Shown: positions 11,953 to 24,778 of the stretch, piece after piece
Position numbering within the stretch: the first letter of the stretch is position 1
How the letters are laid out: each line of letters opens with the position of its first letter
Assembly (NCBI GenBank): GCA_051294905.1
Contig: CM119372.1
Location: 28,584,001-28,648,000 of the forward strand
Reading direction: 5' to 3'
DNA: 64,000 nt
From: Botryllus schlosseri
Taxonomy: Eukaryota
Position numbers and translations under genes: made by a program
The notes under the pieces: generated by a model
Database searches by the model: none
What the model saw: only the letters and a program-made list of their open reading frames with translations
What the model was told of the DNA's origin: nothing

Positions 11953-14900
11953 CTCTAAATCATCATCGTCTTCTGCCTACCTGCACCAGATTCATCAAAT
12001 TCAATTTGGTTCGCGGGCCAGATTTAAACTTTTGATCGCTCGCCGTCCGGACCAGTCAAATTGTGCCAAAATAATAGTTCCGAATCCATAACTGTATTTT
12101 TCAGTGGAATGCTTTATTTTCAAGTCGGTACATGATATATATTATTGGGGATCAGTGGGTCTCTATTCGACCAACACCTTAATTTGCAATAAATGGAACC
12201 GGAAAAATACAATTATTGGGCGATTGAATACAGTTTTAAACCAGTAAAACAGTCGTGGTAACAGGTGGGTCACGACTGCATAAGTTAGCGTATTTTTATG
12301 CTCCATTTGTGTTACACGTGCTGCGGCGTTGACTTTGCGTATCCGTTGTTAGTCATACAAGAGATTTAACTGTCTATACGGACTCTTCGAATTATTATCA
12401 AATCACCATTCGGGTTTCCACGGATACGATTTTTAGTCCCAGAATAAAAAGGGTTTTAAACGTCTATACTGAACTGACTGCTCGGTTCGTATATTGTCTT
12501 GAATGTGGACACACTCCAGTATAATACGAGATTATTCTACTGAAAAAATCAATTGTCAGTATAATTTCTTTCGGCCATTTGCATATTGTAGGATTATTTT
12601 CAACATTAAAAACTCGCGTCATCCATAGGATTGAAAATTTTGTAAACTGAAAAATTCGAGTGGTATTAATAAATGCAGGTTACCACGAAAGCTTAACATT
12701 GAACTCGTCCCATGTGAGCTTGAGCATATACTGCTATTGTTGACGTTAACAATTTATAAAATAGTGGTGCATGTCATGTTCAGCATAGCAACATTGCAGA
12801 TACGAATGTCGCAATGCCAATTAAAGGGGCATTGTGTTCTAAATATGATGTGGTCTCAAACTGAAGATGTGAAAAAGATTTAATCAGCAGTCATTTTCCT
12901 CAGAAACTCGCCGTATTCGAAAGGCGTCATTTTAATCTTGCTATCTCTGTGGTAATGACACGGTCTCTGCGCACAGAAAATCGAAGTTGCGCACGAAAAC
13001 ATCCGAAGTGATTACCTTTTTTAGTCCTTGCGCACTGTTGTCCAAGGGTCTGCGCAGTGAGTTGGTGAGTGTGCGCAGACTGTTCAAAAATTAGAGGAAA
13101 TATTGCTCTGTGGTATCGAGGTCACCCGTCATGCTTCTCAACCATTTGCGAAATTTCTCGCATGCGTTTCTTCGTTTTTGCACTTACTCGGCGCGATCAA
13201 GGCAGAGAAGGCATTTTATATAGTTTCCTGCCGATATTATGAAGGCACTATGTCTTACGCACCGCGGCGGTTTAGTTATGGTAAGTAGCCGCATAGTAGG
13301 CTCTCAGCGGCCCGCAAACTTGGCATGGCGGGACATTGCAAGGGCACCGCGAGGATACGTGAAAGTTGCTGAATATTTCCAGAAGTTGTCAGTAACGAAG
13401 TACTTCTACTTTTTCGAAGTACTCAAGTAGTTTCCCTTTACTTTTTGTACTTACTGAAGTAGATATAATTTTTCGCTAATACTATACGTCGTCATATTCT
13501 GTGATTTACTTACTTACTTTTCGCTATTTACAGTTTGGGAAGAAGAAGTCTTTAGTGTGAGAGAGAAAGACTGAGACGGTGATATTTAGAGTCTGTTTTC
13601 TCTGAGTACCAACAATAATTTAATTATCAAAAATTTTTCGGAAAGTTCAGAATCTTCGTCGTGCTTCCCGCGAAATAGATATGGATTGACAAGTAAGTTT
13701 TCACGGAAGTATCTGCCAATATAATTTGGGTAGATGGTTGCGTGGTTCCTTTCATTCCGTTTTTCCGCCCCTATGACATGTTTCATCACAGTCAATATCG
13801 CTCAGAAAAAAATGTTTGGACCTATCGTCTCCAACTATCTTATCATAATCTAGCATTCTAGCGGCACAGGGTGTTTTCGAATATGGAAAAAGTGGTACTT
13901 TTACCTTTTAAGCGTTCGACCGTTTAGCGTCAACCACCGGTGAAACTGTTTGGATAAAATACATGAAATATATTCCCTCTTTTTCAAAATCATAGTTGTG
14001 CTTCTCTGGATAGACGGTACATAGAGATCTTATAAATATTCTGAGTTCTTTTGTCCGGAGCACTTGCACATGGAAGTTCATAGCTAAGAGCATAGTTGCA
14101 GTTTTTCTCCATAAGTAAAATAAATGCAAATGGCTTATTTACGATCTACCATATTTTGTTTAGCATACAATAATCGCGCAAATCGTTAGTACGATGTCTG
14201 ATACAACTCCGTAACGCCCTTCGCTTCAACTACGGCCCATATATTACGGTGGATGGCACCATTCCATGACCTTCTCTGAAATGGGACCAAGGGTATAAAT
14301 AATATTTAGGACCACTGTTCCAACGCAATACTATTATTTGCAACCCATGATGCGGTCTAATTCTTATGTGTGGAAACTTTGTAACTCTTGGTATGTAGCA
14401 GCTCGAATACAGGTCTCTGCACTGTCCACAGGGTCCAGATTGCAGCTTTTGACAGCCCATGAGAGAGAGAGAGAAATTGTATTTATAACGGCTTCCCACA
14501 ACTACTTACGTACTTACTTACTTGGGTAGATTCTAGCGTCGGTACTTCTACTTGTACTTGAGTAAATTTTAGCGTCACTACTTCTACGTCTACTTGGGTA
14601 GCTTTCTTGACTACTTTGATCACCTCTGCATATTCCACGGCTCTCCTCTCTGACGTATTATGCGAAGTAATAGAAACAACAAAAATGTCACAATAGAAGG
14701 TTTACTAGGACCATATGTGACGATTAAACCAATAACAGGAAAAATCATGAGCACATTGTCGCACTTTGCACTTCGCAGAATTTGATGTTAACAACTGTAT
14801 TGATGGGCATCCATTTTTGGAAGTACTAAATTAAGAAATCTTTCTGCAAAGAAAAATAGCTCATTGATTTATAAAATTACTTGTTTATTAATACACTTTA

Positions 14901-15223
14901 TGGGTTTTTGATGTCTGCTTCCAAATCATATTCCATGATCGGTGCAAAAGCAATCAAAGTTGCTGTAACCGTCAGACTCCAGAGGCATAATGATTCCGTA
15001 ATTTCCGGTTGGTAGGTCATGCGCACAATAGTGTGAGGTAAAATGAGGGCTATTATGCTGCTCTAATTAGAACTTGGCTGCTGTATATAATTCTGCATGC
15101 TTGTATTGCAATATACCGGTCAAATCTGCAAGTCTCTCGATTCAGTTGACCCGGTTTTGAGCTTTGGACGAGGAAGACAGCTTGAAATTGAAAACGAAAT
15201 GCGAGGATGCCTGTCAACGATGT

Positions 15224-15467
15224 TTGTTTGTTTTGTGGTACTCATGGTGTTTATCGACTACTATGGTCATTTACACCAGGCCGAGATTATTCATTATTTT
15301 CCGTAACTGCCGACTTATAGCACGGCCCACCTCTAGGCTTTTGTAAGACACCGCTTATACGCGGATGAAGTGGCGAGGAGGAGCCTAGGTAAACCTCCAA
15401 CACTTAGAACCCGCACCCATTGGTGTTGCAGCCGCGGATTATACCACTGCGCTATCTCGCCACTAAT
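15224..15467 (-). mobile_element. tRNA-derived SINE, copy with an internal deletion after box B
   Basis: Reverse complement of the 20856-21141 SINE; 12-bp TSD TGTCAACGATGT at 15212-15223 and 15468-15479. Confidence 0.9.
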
Positions 15468-17454
15468 TGTCAACGATGTAATCTCGTTTCAGTCGTACAT
15501 GACCGATTGTTATAGTATCAGCACCCATCGCAACAACACGTGAAAATAGATTTGTTTAGAGCAGGGGTTCTTAACCAGGGTTCTATGGACGCCTTGAGGG
15601 TACAAAGCACCAAAGCATGGGGTACGAGATGCAGTGTGAAATTATACGATATTTAAGGTTCAAAATTATTTATTAAATCCACAAAAAGTAAAATATTTTG
15701 ATGCGAATTTATTCAACTCAAAATGTGTCAAGAGGTTTGTTGCTTTCAATTCGGATACCATCCCTCCGACAGACTAAGAGTTAAATATTTAACATTAGTT
15801 ACAGAATACAGTTTTAGCCTTCATCCCCACACCACTACCAGCCACTGTAGCGATAAATCTGATGTCGCTCGGTGACAGAGGAATGACGAATAGTTCGCGG
15901 CAAACTAGCACATAGTGATTTTGAAGCTCGGCGGTTTTTCAGAAAAGTGTCAATACTTTTTTAAAAAGTTCCCTGTCAATTTACGTGGCACCATAGTGTC
16001 ATGTGACAATTTTTGCATAGCAGAACAGTCAATCTGATACATTCATCATCACATCAAGTAACTCCCATATTTAGATAACTGTCGCAATGTAAGTGTGCTC
16101 TCTAGCGTTATTTTCTATTTTCTATTTTTTCTTTAATTGAATGATCATCACCGCTTGACTTCCTTTCTTTCAACATAAACTTTCCATTTCAATATTTCCA
16201 AAAGTAAACTTTTGTACGTAAAGCGTCCCTCATATATCTTACTAAGCCCTGAAAAAAGTTCGTCGTGTTCTTCGGGCCAGAATATCGTTCCTACTTGATT
16301 ACAACAAGCATGGCGTATTCAGACGGAAGTAAAGTGGGGGGGGGTACTTGGATTTACTAACGATTTACGACGTCACAGAAACTTCGGACTGCGGGTAAAC
16401 TTTTATATGATTTGTTTGAAAATAAACTCTGCACACTTCCGCATTGTCAATGTAATTGACCAGGGGTGGTCAACCGTTTTGGTATTCACGGCCGCATTCC
16501 GATTACTTACGGCCGCATTCCAGGACATAGCCGTGATGAACTAATTGGACGCGAAATACCCATGTTAAACTGTCTTTGTTTATTTCCGGTTAACTCCGGA
16601 CTAATCTACTTTTTCTTCCCGGTTTATTATACGCGCGGAAATCGCGACTAGTCATGTTTTGAATAGTCAGTGGGATTCGTTATCGCCGCGCATCAGCAAT
16701 ACTAGTTGTTGCACATATTACTTTCAAATACTGATCCTTTTTAAGCCTATATGTAATCAGATTCACCGGTAGAGTTGATGAAGGCAGTGTTTTCAAAAAT
16801 CTAAGGCAAGGTATAAATCATGATGCATCTTCTTCGGTTCGGCCAATTGTTATTAGTCACTTTGTTGGATGTTGCTATTTCTTGACCTCCCATCAGGATT
16901 GTCGGTATAGTGGTAAGCTATTGGAATCGCCAAAACGTACCAGAGACAAATTTCTTTCGTGAGAAGCACAGGATTTCAAATTGGTACTTGTATATGGGGT
17001 GCATCATTTTCCTCTGCTGATCGCATCTGTACTGTGTGGCTCAGAATGTGAAGGACGCTACTATATTAAAATCGATAAATGAAGTGTAGCATTAAATAAA
17101 ATTTCAAGTTTCGTTACAACATCTCAAAAATTCGCGAGTCAAGTCGTAAATTCAATTTGCCTGTCAACGGCAGCCAATACAAACCTACTAATTGAATTAC
17201 GTGTCACGGCCGCACAAATTTCCTTCTGCGACCGCAGGTTGCCAGTAATTGACCATCGCATCGAAGAGGTCAGGCACGATGGCCTTTAACGAATACAGAG
17301 GCATATGCATGGATGCCAAACGCATTTTCACGCAGATCGTGTAGCACGCGTGATGATAGACAGACCTCGATAGTTCAATTCTCAAGTTCGTCGCCGGTAA
17401 CATAACGTTGCGCCACAAGCATATATTTTAACGGCAGTGCCGACACCCTACAAC

Positions 17455-17627
17455 CAATGTTCCCTCTAATTTTTCACGAGTCTGCGTACACTCACCAACT
17501 CACTGCGCGGTCCCTTGGACAACAGTGCGTAACGAGTAAAATGAATAGGTCATCACTTCGGCTTTTTTGTTCACGCCACACATTTTTCTGTGCGCGCGAG
17601 CACGCGTGCAGCTTAGAGGGAACATTG
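17455..17627. mobile_element. hAT-type MITE (CAATGTTCCCTCTAA TIR)
   Basis: TIR CAATGTTCCCTCTAA / TTAGAGGGAACATTG; perfect TSD CCTACAAC; related copies at ~12960-13105, ~53743 and ~62786-62966. Confidence 0.9.
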
Positions 17628-18104
17628 CCTACAACCTAACAATTACAATGTAGATGGCTATGTTTGTAATTCGAATCTGTAAACGTGAAAAACTTAATTC
17701 AGTCTTCAAAGCATGCGATATGTCACAGTCATTTCGATGACGTGCAACCGCTGCAACCATATAGCATCATCACCGAGCTTCTATAGCTGCAATACTGACT
17801 ACTAGACAGGCATCGTTACAAGTCGAACTCGAAGTGTATTCCTTCAGCTGCCCACATGTATGTCTGCTACCAAAACAATAACAGGAAACCATCGCCGGGC
17901 TCAATCAAGCATATCATAACACCACAAAAGCGAATTAAATGGGGATATTGATTGCATGCATGGCAGCAATTTTGATTTCTCAATGTACAAACTTCAAATC
18001 GAGCCCGATTTAGATTATTGATCGTTTGAATTATTTAGCATAATTTTGAAACTTCGCAGAAATCTCTAGCGGCACCATTGCGAGACGTGAATGACACACT
18101 AGTG

Positions 18105-20414
18105 CAGTGGTTCTCAACCGAGGGTCCGCGAAGCATTTCAAGGGGGTCCACGAAGCCTCTAAATTTGCAAAATGGCTTATAACCTAATCTTTTTTTATAT
18201 ATATTAGCGGAATCACGAGGCAGTTTGTGTATCATTAAGCTAAACTTCGTGACTCACATCAACAGAAAGGCCGTCTGAGACGAAATGTTTTACTGTGAAA
18301 ACTCATTTTAATTGCCAATAGCCTACTGATACAAACGTATTGATGTTTAGAGATATTTTTTTGGAAATAATGGAATTTTAAGAAGTAAGGTCGATCAGGT
18401 TGACAGGTGATTTCGAAATGTTTTTACAAATCCATTTTCACCTGTAATATACATAAACGCAATTCTAGAATAACTTCATGAGAAGCTGCTAGATCAGTAG
18501 TTCCCAACCTTTTTCATCTCGTGCCTCCCTTGGCCGAAATTTAAGCCAAAATTCCCCCCTTAGGACAAATCTGCCCGATGATTAAAAAAGGTACCGAGTG
18601 TTTGTTTCTAGCAGTGCTGTAATAACACTTTGTAGACCTACAAAAACAATGGTCTTGGTCCCAATCAAACAAATTCTGAAAGGCTTGACTCAACAGACCC
18701 CCACACTTCTATTTGTGTTTTCGGCTTACCATGCACCAATCGCTAATATAACTGTTGTGAAAAATCACTATGCATAAATTTACTGGTCTCGCGATTTTTT
18801 CTCAAGTTTGCGTATGCATTTGGCCAATAATATTGGTACTTTCATATATAGGAGGGTTGACCAGACTACAGTCTGACTCGAGTCACCATTTTCTGATGAC
18901 TCGACTTGACTCAAGTCATTTTCTCAAAATATGGAAGCGACTCGACTCGACTCGACTCGAGACAATCTGGGTATTGACTCGACTTGGACTCGAGTCATTG
19001 TGCATGACTCGATCCAAGCCATATGATTCCAGACTATAAGACGGTCAAGACCGACATTTCATTGTAATTTCGAAGAACAGTAAAGTGACCACCCTATTGG
19101 AATTTCGTCCATTGATCCTGGTATTTGACAATGCGACAAGAAACTGCTCAAAGTGAGGAAAATTAGTATATCATAAATCCAAATCATTCAATATCACCAA
19201 ACAATGTTGACTGGAGTGTGACTTGGACTCGGACTCGAGACATAATACCATGACTCGGACTCGACCCTCTGCTCGGTGACTTGGACTTGGACTTGACTCA
19301 ATGATGAATTGAAAATGACTCGACTTGACTCGAGTCAAAACTATGAAAGCCTCGTGATTTGGTTACAGCCTTGATATATAACATACAAGTGATCAAGATT
19401 CTGGAGCTCATTGAAATTTAGGACACCCATTACGCTTCGGCAACATTGCACCAAGTTTAACATGTCTTTTTTCGATCGGGTAACTGTTCACTGAAAATAA
19501 AGCAAGGCTAGCGATCTCTTTGACTTGAATCGATGACGTTGGAATATTTTGTCACTGTCTGAAAATGTTGACTTGAAATTTCAGATAAATACTTTCACTA
19601 GAAGCCTTGTGATAGATACAGCACGAAATTTGCTCGCTTAGGATATATTTGATTGAGAGGCCGTCGCTGGCCTACAAAATTATCTTGCGAACTGCAGCAC
19701 ATCTGAACTAATTTTTAAAAAATGGGGGGGGGGGGAATTTGTATGTGAAAAAGAGATTTCAAATAGCATTTGAACATACTTTCAGCAAACAAAACAAACC
19801 ATAAGGAGCATACTTTCAGATATAACTGGTTGACTACATGACAGTTCCGACATGAACAATTTAGGAAATCCAATTCTAAAGTGAAATTCCTCCCTAAAAA
19901 TTGCAAAATTCCCCCCAAGGGGGGAATTCCTCCCCGGTTGGGAACCACTGTGCTAGATAGATACGACTAGGCTTGACGTTATATGTTATTTTTAAAATGT
20001 GTTTCTCTATTTTGGTGGCATTGCCATATATGTTGCGATCATACTTAGTGGTGTTATTGGAAGCACTTCCCGTTATTATTACATTCGCCACCACCTATAT
20101 TTGTGGAAATGAATTTTCGGCACTCGTTCATATCATATCGAAGGCGCGGAATTTCAAGAAACAACCACATATTAAAGAAATGTAGCTGCAGAATTCGCTT
20201 TGAAATAATTTAAGTCTACTCAATTTCTACATAAATAGCATGATGTTAATATCAAGCTAAGTCATTTTGTTGCTGTTTATAGCTAGCCTATACAGTTATA
20301 TTTGTACAAGAAATATGACGGTTGCAGGTTATAGGGCTCAATTTGAACAAAGGGCGTGGTGGTCCGCGAGGGCCCAAAGGGGGTCTGCGGAGACAAAAAG
20401 GTAGAGAACCACTG
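18105..20414 (+). mobile_element. Charlie/Buster hAT relic with nested MITEs
   Basis: TIRs CAGTGGTTCTC; TSD CACTAGTG/CAGTAGTG; dimerisation-domain relic ALPVIITFATTYICGNEFSALVHIISKARN (19973-20185); nested GACTCGA-rich MITE at ~18853-19372. Confidence 0.75.
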
Positions 20415-20855
20415 CAGTAGTGTGCCGCGGCACACCGGTTGAGAACCACTGGGCTAACACAACGACGGTGTGGTAGGCGGATAAAAATAAATAGCTAAGT
20501 CTTGGGTTCGTGAATTGCGTAATTTCGACTATATTCGCTGCGATAAAACTGTTTTTGTGAACCGTGCGTATAAGCCAGGGGTCGGGAACCTATCGGCGAC
20601 CCCTTTATGACGATGCATTTTTCAAATCCACATTGTCTTCCTGATCATCGGCGAGAAATGGACTCTCTTGGAAATGACATTCCTGAACACAAATTCAGCT
20701 TACAAATATAGTCATACATAAAATCCCGATTGTTAGGTAGCTTGCTCGCAACGGCGTTAAAATGTAGGGTTGTAGCGCAACGTTATGTTAACGCCGAATA
20801 ATTTGGGAATTGTGTGTATAGTTAACCAAATGATGTCGCTTAACAATGGTATCCG

Positions 20856-21141
20856 GAAAGTGGCGAGATAGCGCAGTGGTATAATCCGCGGCTGCAACAC
20901 CAATGGGTGCGGGTTCGAGTCCGACCGATGTCGACTTCCGAATTCCGATACCTAAGTGTTACGGGTTTACCTATGCTCCTCCTCGCCACCTCATCTGCGT
21001 CAGCGGTGTCTTACAAAAGCCTAGAGGCGGGCCCAGCCGTGCTATAAGTCGGCAGTTACGGAAAATGAGAAGAATATCGGCCTGGTGTAAATGAATATAG
21101 TAGTCAACAAACACCATAAATACCCCCAAAACAAACAAACA
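20856..21141 (+). mobile_element. tRNA-derived SINE, full length
   Basis: Pol III box A TAGCGCAGTGG (20869-20879), box B GGTTCGAGTCC (20912-20922), (CAAA)n tail, 11-bp TSD AATGGTATCCG at 20845-20855 and 21142-21152; a 3'-only copy lies at ~59815-59946. Confidence 0.92.
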
Positions 21142-24100
21142 AATGGTATCCGACGCTGAAGATTTTTCCCGGCCTGGAGCAACTGATTGAACAGCGCGTC
21201 ACTGTCAGTAGAACAATTGAGATACGCTACCCTCGCGCGTGCTCAACGGATTCATTGGAAAGTCGCGTTATTGAAGAGTAAGCAGTTATATCGCACGTTT
21301 AGCGTCGTCTATGATTGTTGGTTTTGCTTTAAAATGCACATCTTTATTCCTTTAAGTTTCAAAAAATATCACATGCTCTTAATGGAACAAAATGTACCAT
21401 TCAAAAGGTTCCCGAACGATGCAGCGAGTTTAAAGTGGTTTAAAGTTTAAAGTGGTGGTGCCGTTTTCCATTTTGTCGGATGCTCAAATGTATCGTAACC
21501 GACTTGATTAGTGCGGGCGTTATAACATCACACCAGTGTTTACGCAGAAAATATGGCGCACGTGACGAATCCCATGTAGTCAACATTGATTTTGTGCCTC
21601 AATGACGTCACGCATATTCGATTGTTACGTAACAATTGACAACGATGTATGGCTTTTTGTGAACTACAATTGAAAATTTTTGGCCAATATGGTCATTTTG
21701 TCGAAAAGTGTTCCCTGGTATAAACGATATATGGCGATGAAATGACCCATATGAATATATGGAATGGTTTTGGGACGAGATCCCACAAAAGCTATGTTGA
21801 AAACCCTACGGAGGCCCAAGACTAGCGTTTGGGGGCGAGCTGGAAAAGTTTTGTCTTGATCTTGGATACCACAAGATTTCATGAAGGTTAACAAACATTG
21901 GTTGAGAGCAATATTTCTTCTCGTGCAAGTGCCATGGTGTTTCATAATTTCCTAGTATGCCACAAGTTGAAAATGGAAACCTCTGCACTGTGTAATCAAA
22001 GTGAATTAATCGAGCGCGTAATACTGTTATAGCGCTTGGTTATGAGATCAATTTAATTGTTAATTCCACACGACTATTAATCATAGGTGTATGGGAGTAG
22101 TATGCGACGGATGCGGGCGCATCCCCTATCCAAATATCTGAGATTGTCACGAATTGACTTTTTTAGTTTCCTTACTATATTACAAAATCAGTGACAGAAA
22201 CTTGTTTAACAATATACAAGGAGCATATATTTAACGTAACGGGCATATATTTAACGTAACGGGCATATTTCTGTCAAAACTACATTCATTGCAGTATTGA
22301 GTTATCAGATCAATGACGTTTGATTCTTACGGAGTTAACGGCACCATGACAAGCGCACGAACAGAGAATCGAAGTCTTAATTTGAATTCCAGTTTTAGCA
22401 TAATATTATTATGATCAAATGTCCATTATGTCATCGATCGGTATCTTCTTCCAGATTAGCCTGGGACATGCATGGTTTGCATTTCTGTTCCTGGGAAATG
22501 TTTTCCCCTCAACTATATCCTGGTTTCTGTATATTATGACTACATTACTGTCCAGTGTCCCCTGTGTCATCAATCGGCATTGGGCAATCTTCCTCCAGAT
22601 TAGCCTGGAACACCCATGGCTGGCTTTTCCGCTCTGGCGCTCTTTAGAAACATTTTCCATATATGTAGATAGTAGATCCTGGTTTCAGCATATTATGACC
22701 GTTTCGCTGAACGCTATGTCGTAATGTCATCCAAGTTGGATGGTTGACTTTCCGCTCTTAGAAATATTTTCATCTTGTTTCGATCCTAGATTTCGTTATC
22801 TGAATCAAATACGCCATCTTCTCGATGCGGCAAAGTCCATATTTTCGGCTTCTTCCACGTTTCAGAGTTGCTATCCAACATAAAAGATCATTTGCCCAAT
22901 TTTCCGCCTCTTCTTTTTCTATAGCATAAAATACTCATTTGAACTGTTATGAAATTCTAATGATTTATACTGTGCTTGAAATTGAAACCTAATACCTTAC
23001 TCATTCGGAATCAAACCACTCAGAATTTGCCCAGCTTGTTATCATGCTGAACGTATGTCAGTAGATTACGTTAATTATCCAACATTTTCTTGCAAAGCAA
23101 TAACTTGAAAAATCCAAAGTAATTCAAATCATTGACTAAATAAATAACTTATCAACTTTTATATGCCATCGCCAAGAACGACACGACAAGCTACTAGGAT
23201 TACCTAGTATATCCCTAGCTACTAGCTAGAGTGCTAGACGCTAACGCAGCTAGACGCAGTAAACTTGTCATGGTCACTGGGTTGAAACAAAACATTGAGG
23301 TCATAGGTTAACATAGGTTCGGTTTATCTATAGATAACTAACTTACGTAGGTTAGTTATCTATAGTTTATCAGCAACTTTTATCAATGCAATACACCACA
23401 AAAATTGCGATACAATGAAAAGATAGAAAGGTATCGAAACGACTTGGATAGTATTTGAAATCAGACACTCACCTTGGCCTTGGCGATGTAAAGATAAGGA
23501 TGTGCAGATTGCACACTGCATGGAAAGTAGAAAGACTACACGGCTGATAGACGATACCACGAGGTAATCCCGGCACAGAATAAAATATAAGGCACATTTT
23601 AAAATCATCTCTCGTACATCGAAAAAGCAATCTAATATCACCAAGCTCCGAACTACTGCCATAGCTAAAGGCTTTGCCACTGCGATCTCCGGCAATGTAA
23701 ATTGACGTCATCGCTACATACAGATGCATTGTGGGTAGTACCCTAAGTGATGTCATAGTGATAGCGACAGTTGAATCATAGATCACTATGTTGATTTAGT
23801 GAAGGCATGGGGAAATGAATGGAAATCTGTTTTCCATGGTACGGGAAGTTATGGAAAAGCGGGTACTGTTAAAATATATTTGATTCGTGACAGGTTTGTC
23901 GTATTATATGCGCCACTCGCTTCATACATAGATTTTGCTACTTTAAGAAAATATCGTGGTCTGTGGTGTTGGCCGAGTGAGAATCAGAATCAGCAGTATC
24001 GCTCTGTCTCCTGTCTGGAAGTTTATGAAAACCAAATTCATGCACAAAACCGGTAAGTTACTGCCTATAATTTTTTCAAGTTGATATTTTCTAGGAAATA

Positions 24101-24194
24101 AGTTCACTTGAAATTAAGTTGATAAACAAACTACCGGTACGGTAGTTCGTGTATAGGCTACCGTATCACAGTTGCACTCTAACTTAGCAAAAAG

Positions 24195-24706
24195 CAGGGT
24201 TGTAACTAAGTCACAAGGTTCCGAGTCGCAAATTTTGACTCGAGTCGAGTCACTTTCAATTCGTCATCGGGTCAAGTCCGAGTCCAAGTCACGAAATGGA
24301 GTTTCGAGTCCGAGTCATATTGTTTTGACTCAAGTCCTAGTCCAAGTCAATGTGTTGACTGTTCACTGTTCAGTTCCGAGTTAATGTCATGTGAAACCCA
24401 CTTTTTACAACTCTGCTTGGTGATACAGTATGCTTCGCATTCGCAATATATATACCAATTTTCTCACTTCTGACGGTTTTAGTAGCATTTTCAAGTATCA
24501 GTATTGACAGACGAAATGATAGTAGTGTGATAACTTTACTATTTTTGGAAATTACAATGAAATGCGCCTGTCCTGGTAGACCCAGCCTCGAGTCATGCAA
24601 GTCGACTCAATGGACTTTATCGAGTCGAGACATTTTTATTTATTTTGAAATGACTCTAGTCAAGTCGAGTCACCAGACAATAGCGACTCGAGTCATTACA
24701 ACCCTG
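24195..24706. mobile_element. GACTCGA-rich hAT MITE upstream of the transposase ORF
   Basis: TIR CAGGGTTGTAA / TTACAACCCTG; TSD GCAAAAAG/GCAAAAAT; same family as ~18853-19372 and 49359-51619. Confidence 0.88.
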
Positions 24707-24778
24707 GCAAAAATCACTATGAAGTAGTGTAACTACTAGATAGCCAGTAACGATTTTGAATTGTGTGCAGGTAATCCA

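Noticed and set aside
20861..20935. Functional tRNA gene
   Set aside because: Boxes A and B are present, but there is no proper acceptor-stem closure or oligo-T terminator; it is the head of a TSD-flanked SINE
20960..21060. HDV-like ribozyme in the SINE body (CCTCCTCGC)
   Set aside because: Could not form the P3, P1 and P2 pairings; the motif instead pairs with the SINE 5' end
22419..22724. Hydrophobic 101-aa plus-strand ORF as a membrane protein
   Set aside because: Arises from a duplicated block inside a transposon, with no recognisable family or gene structure
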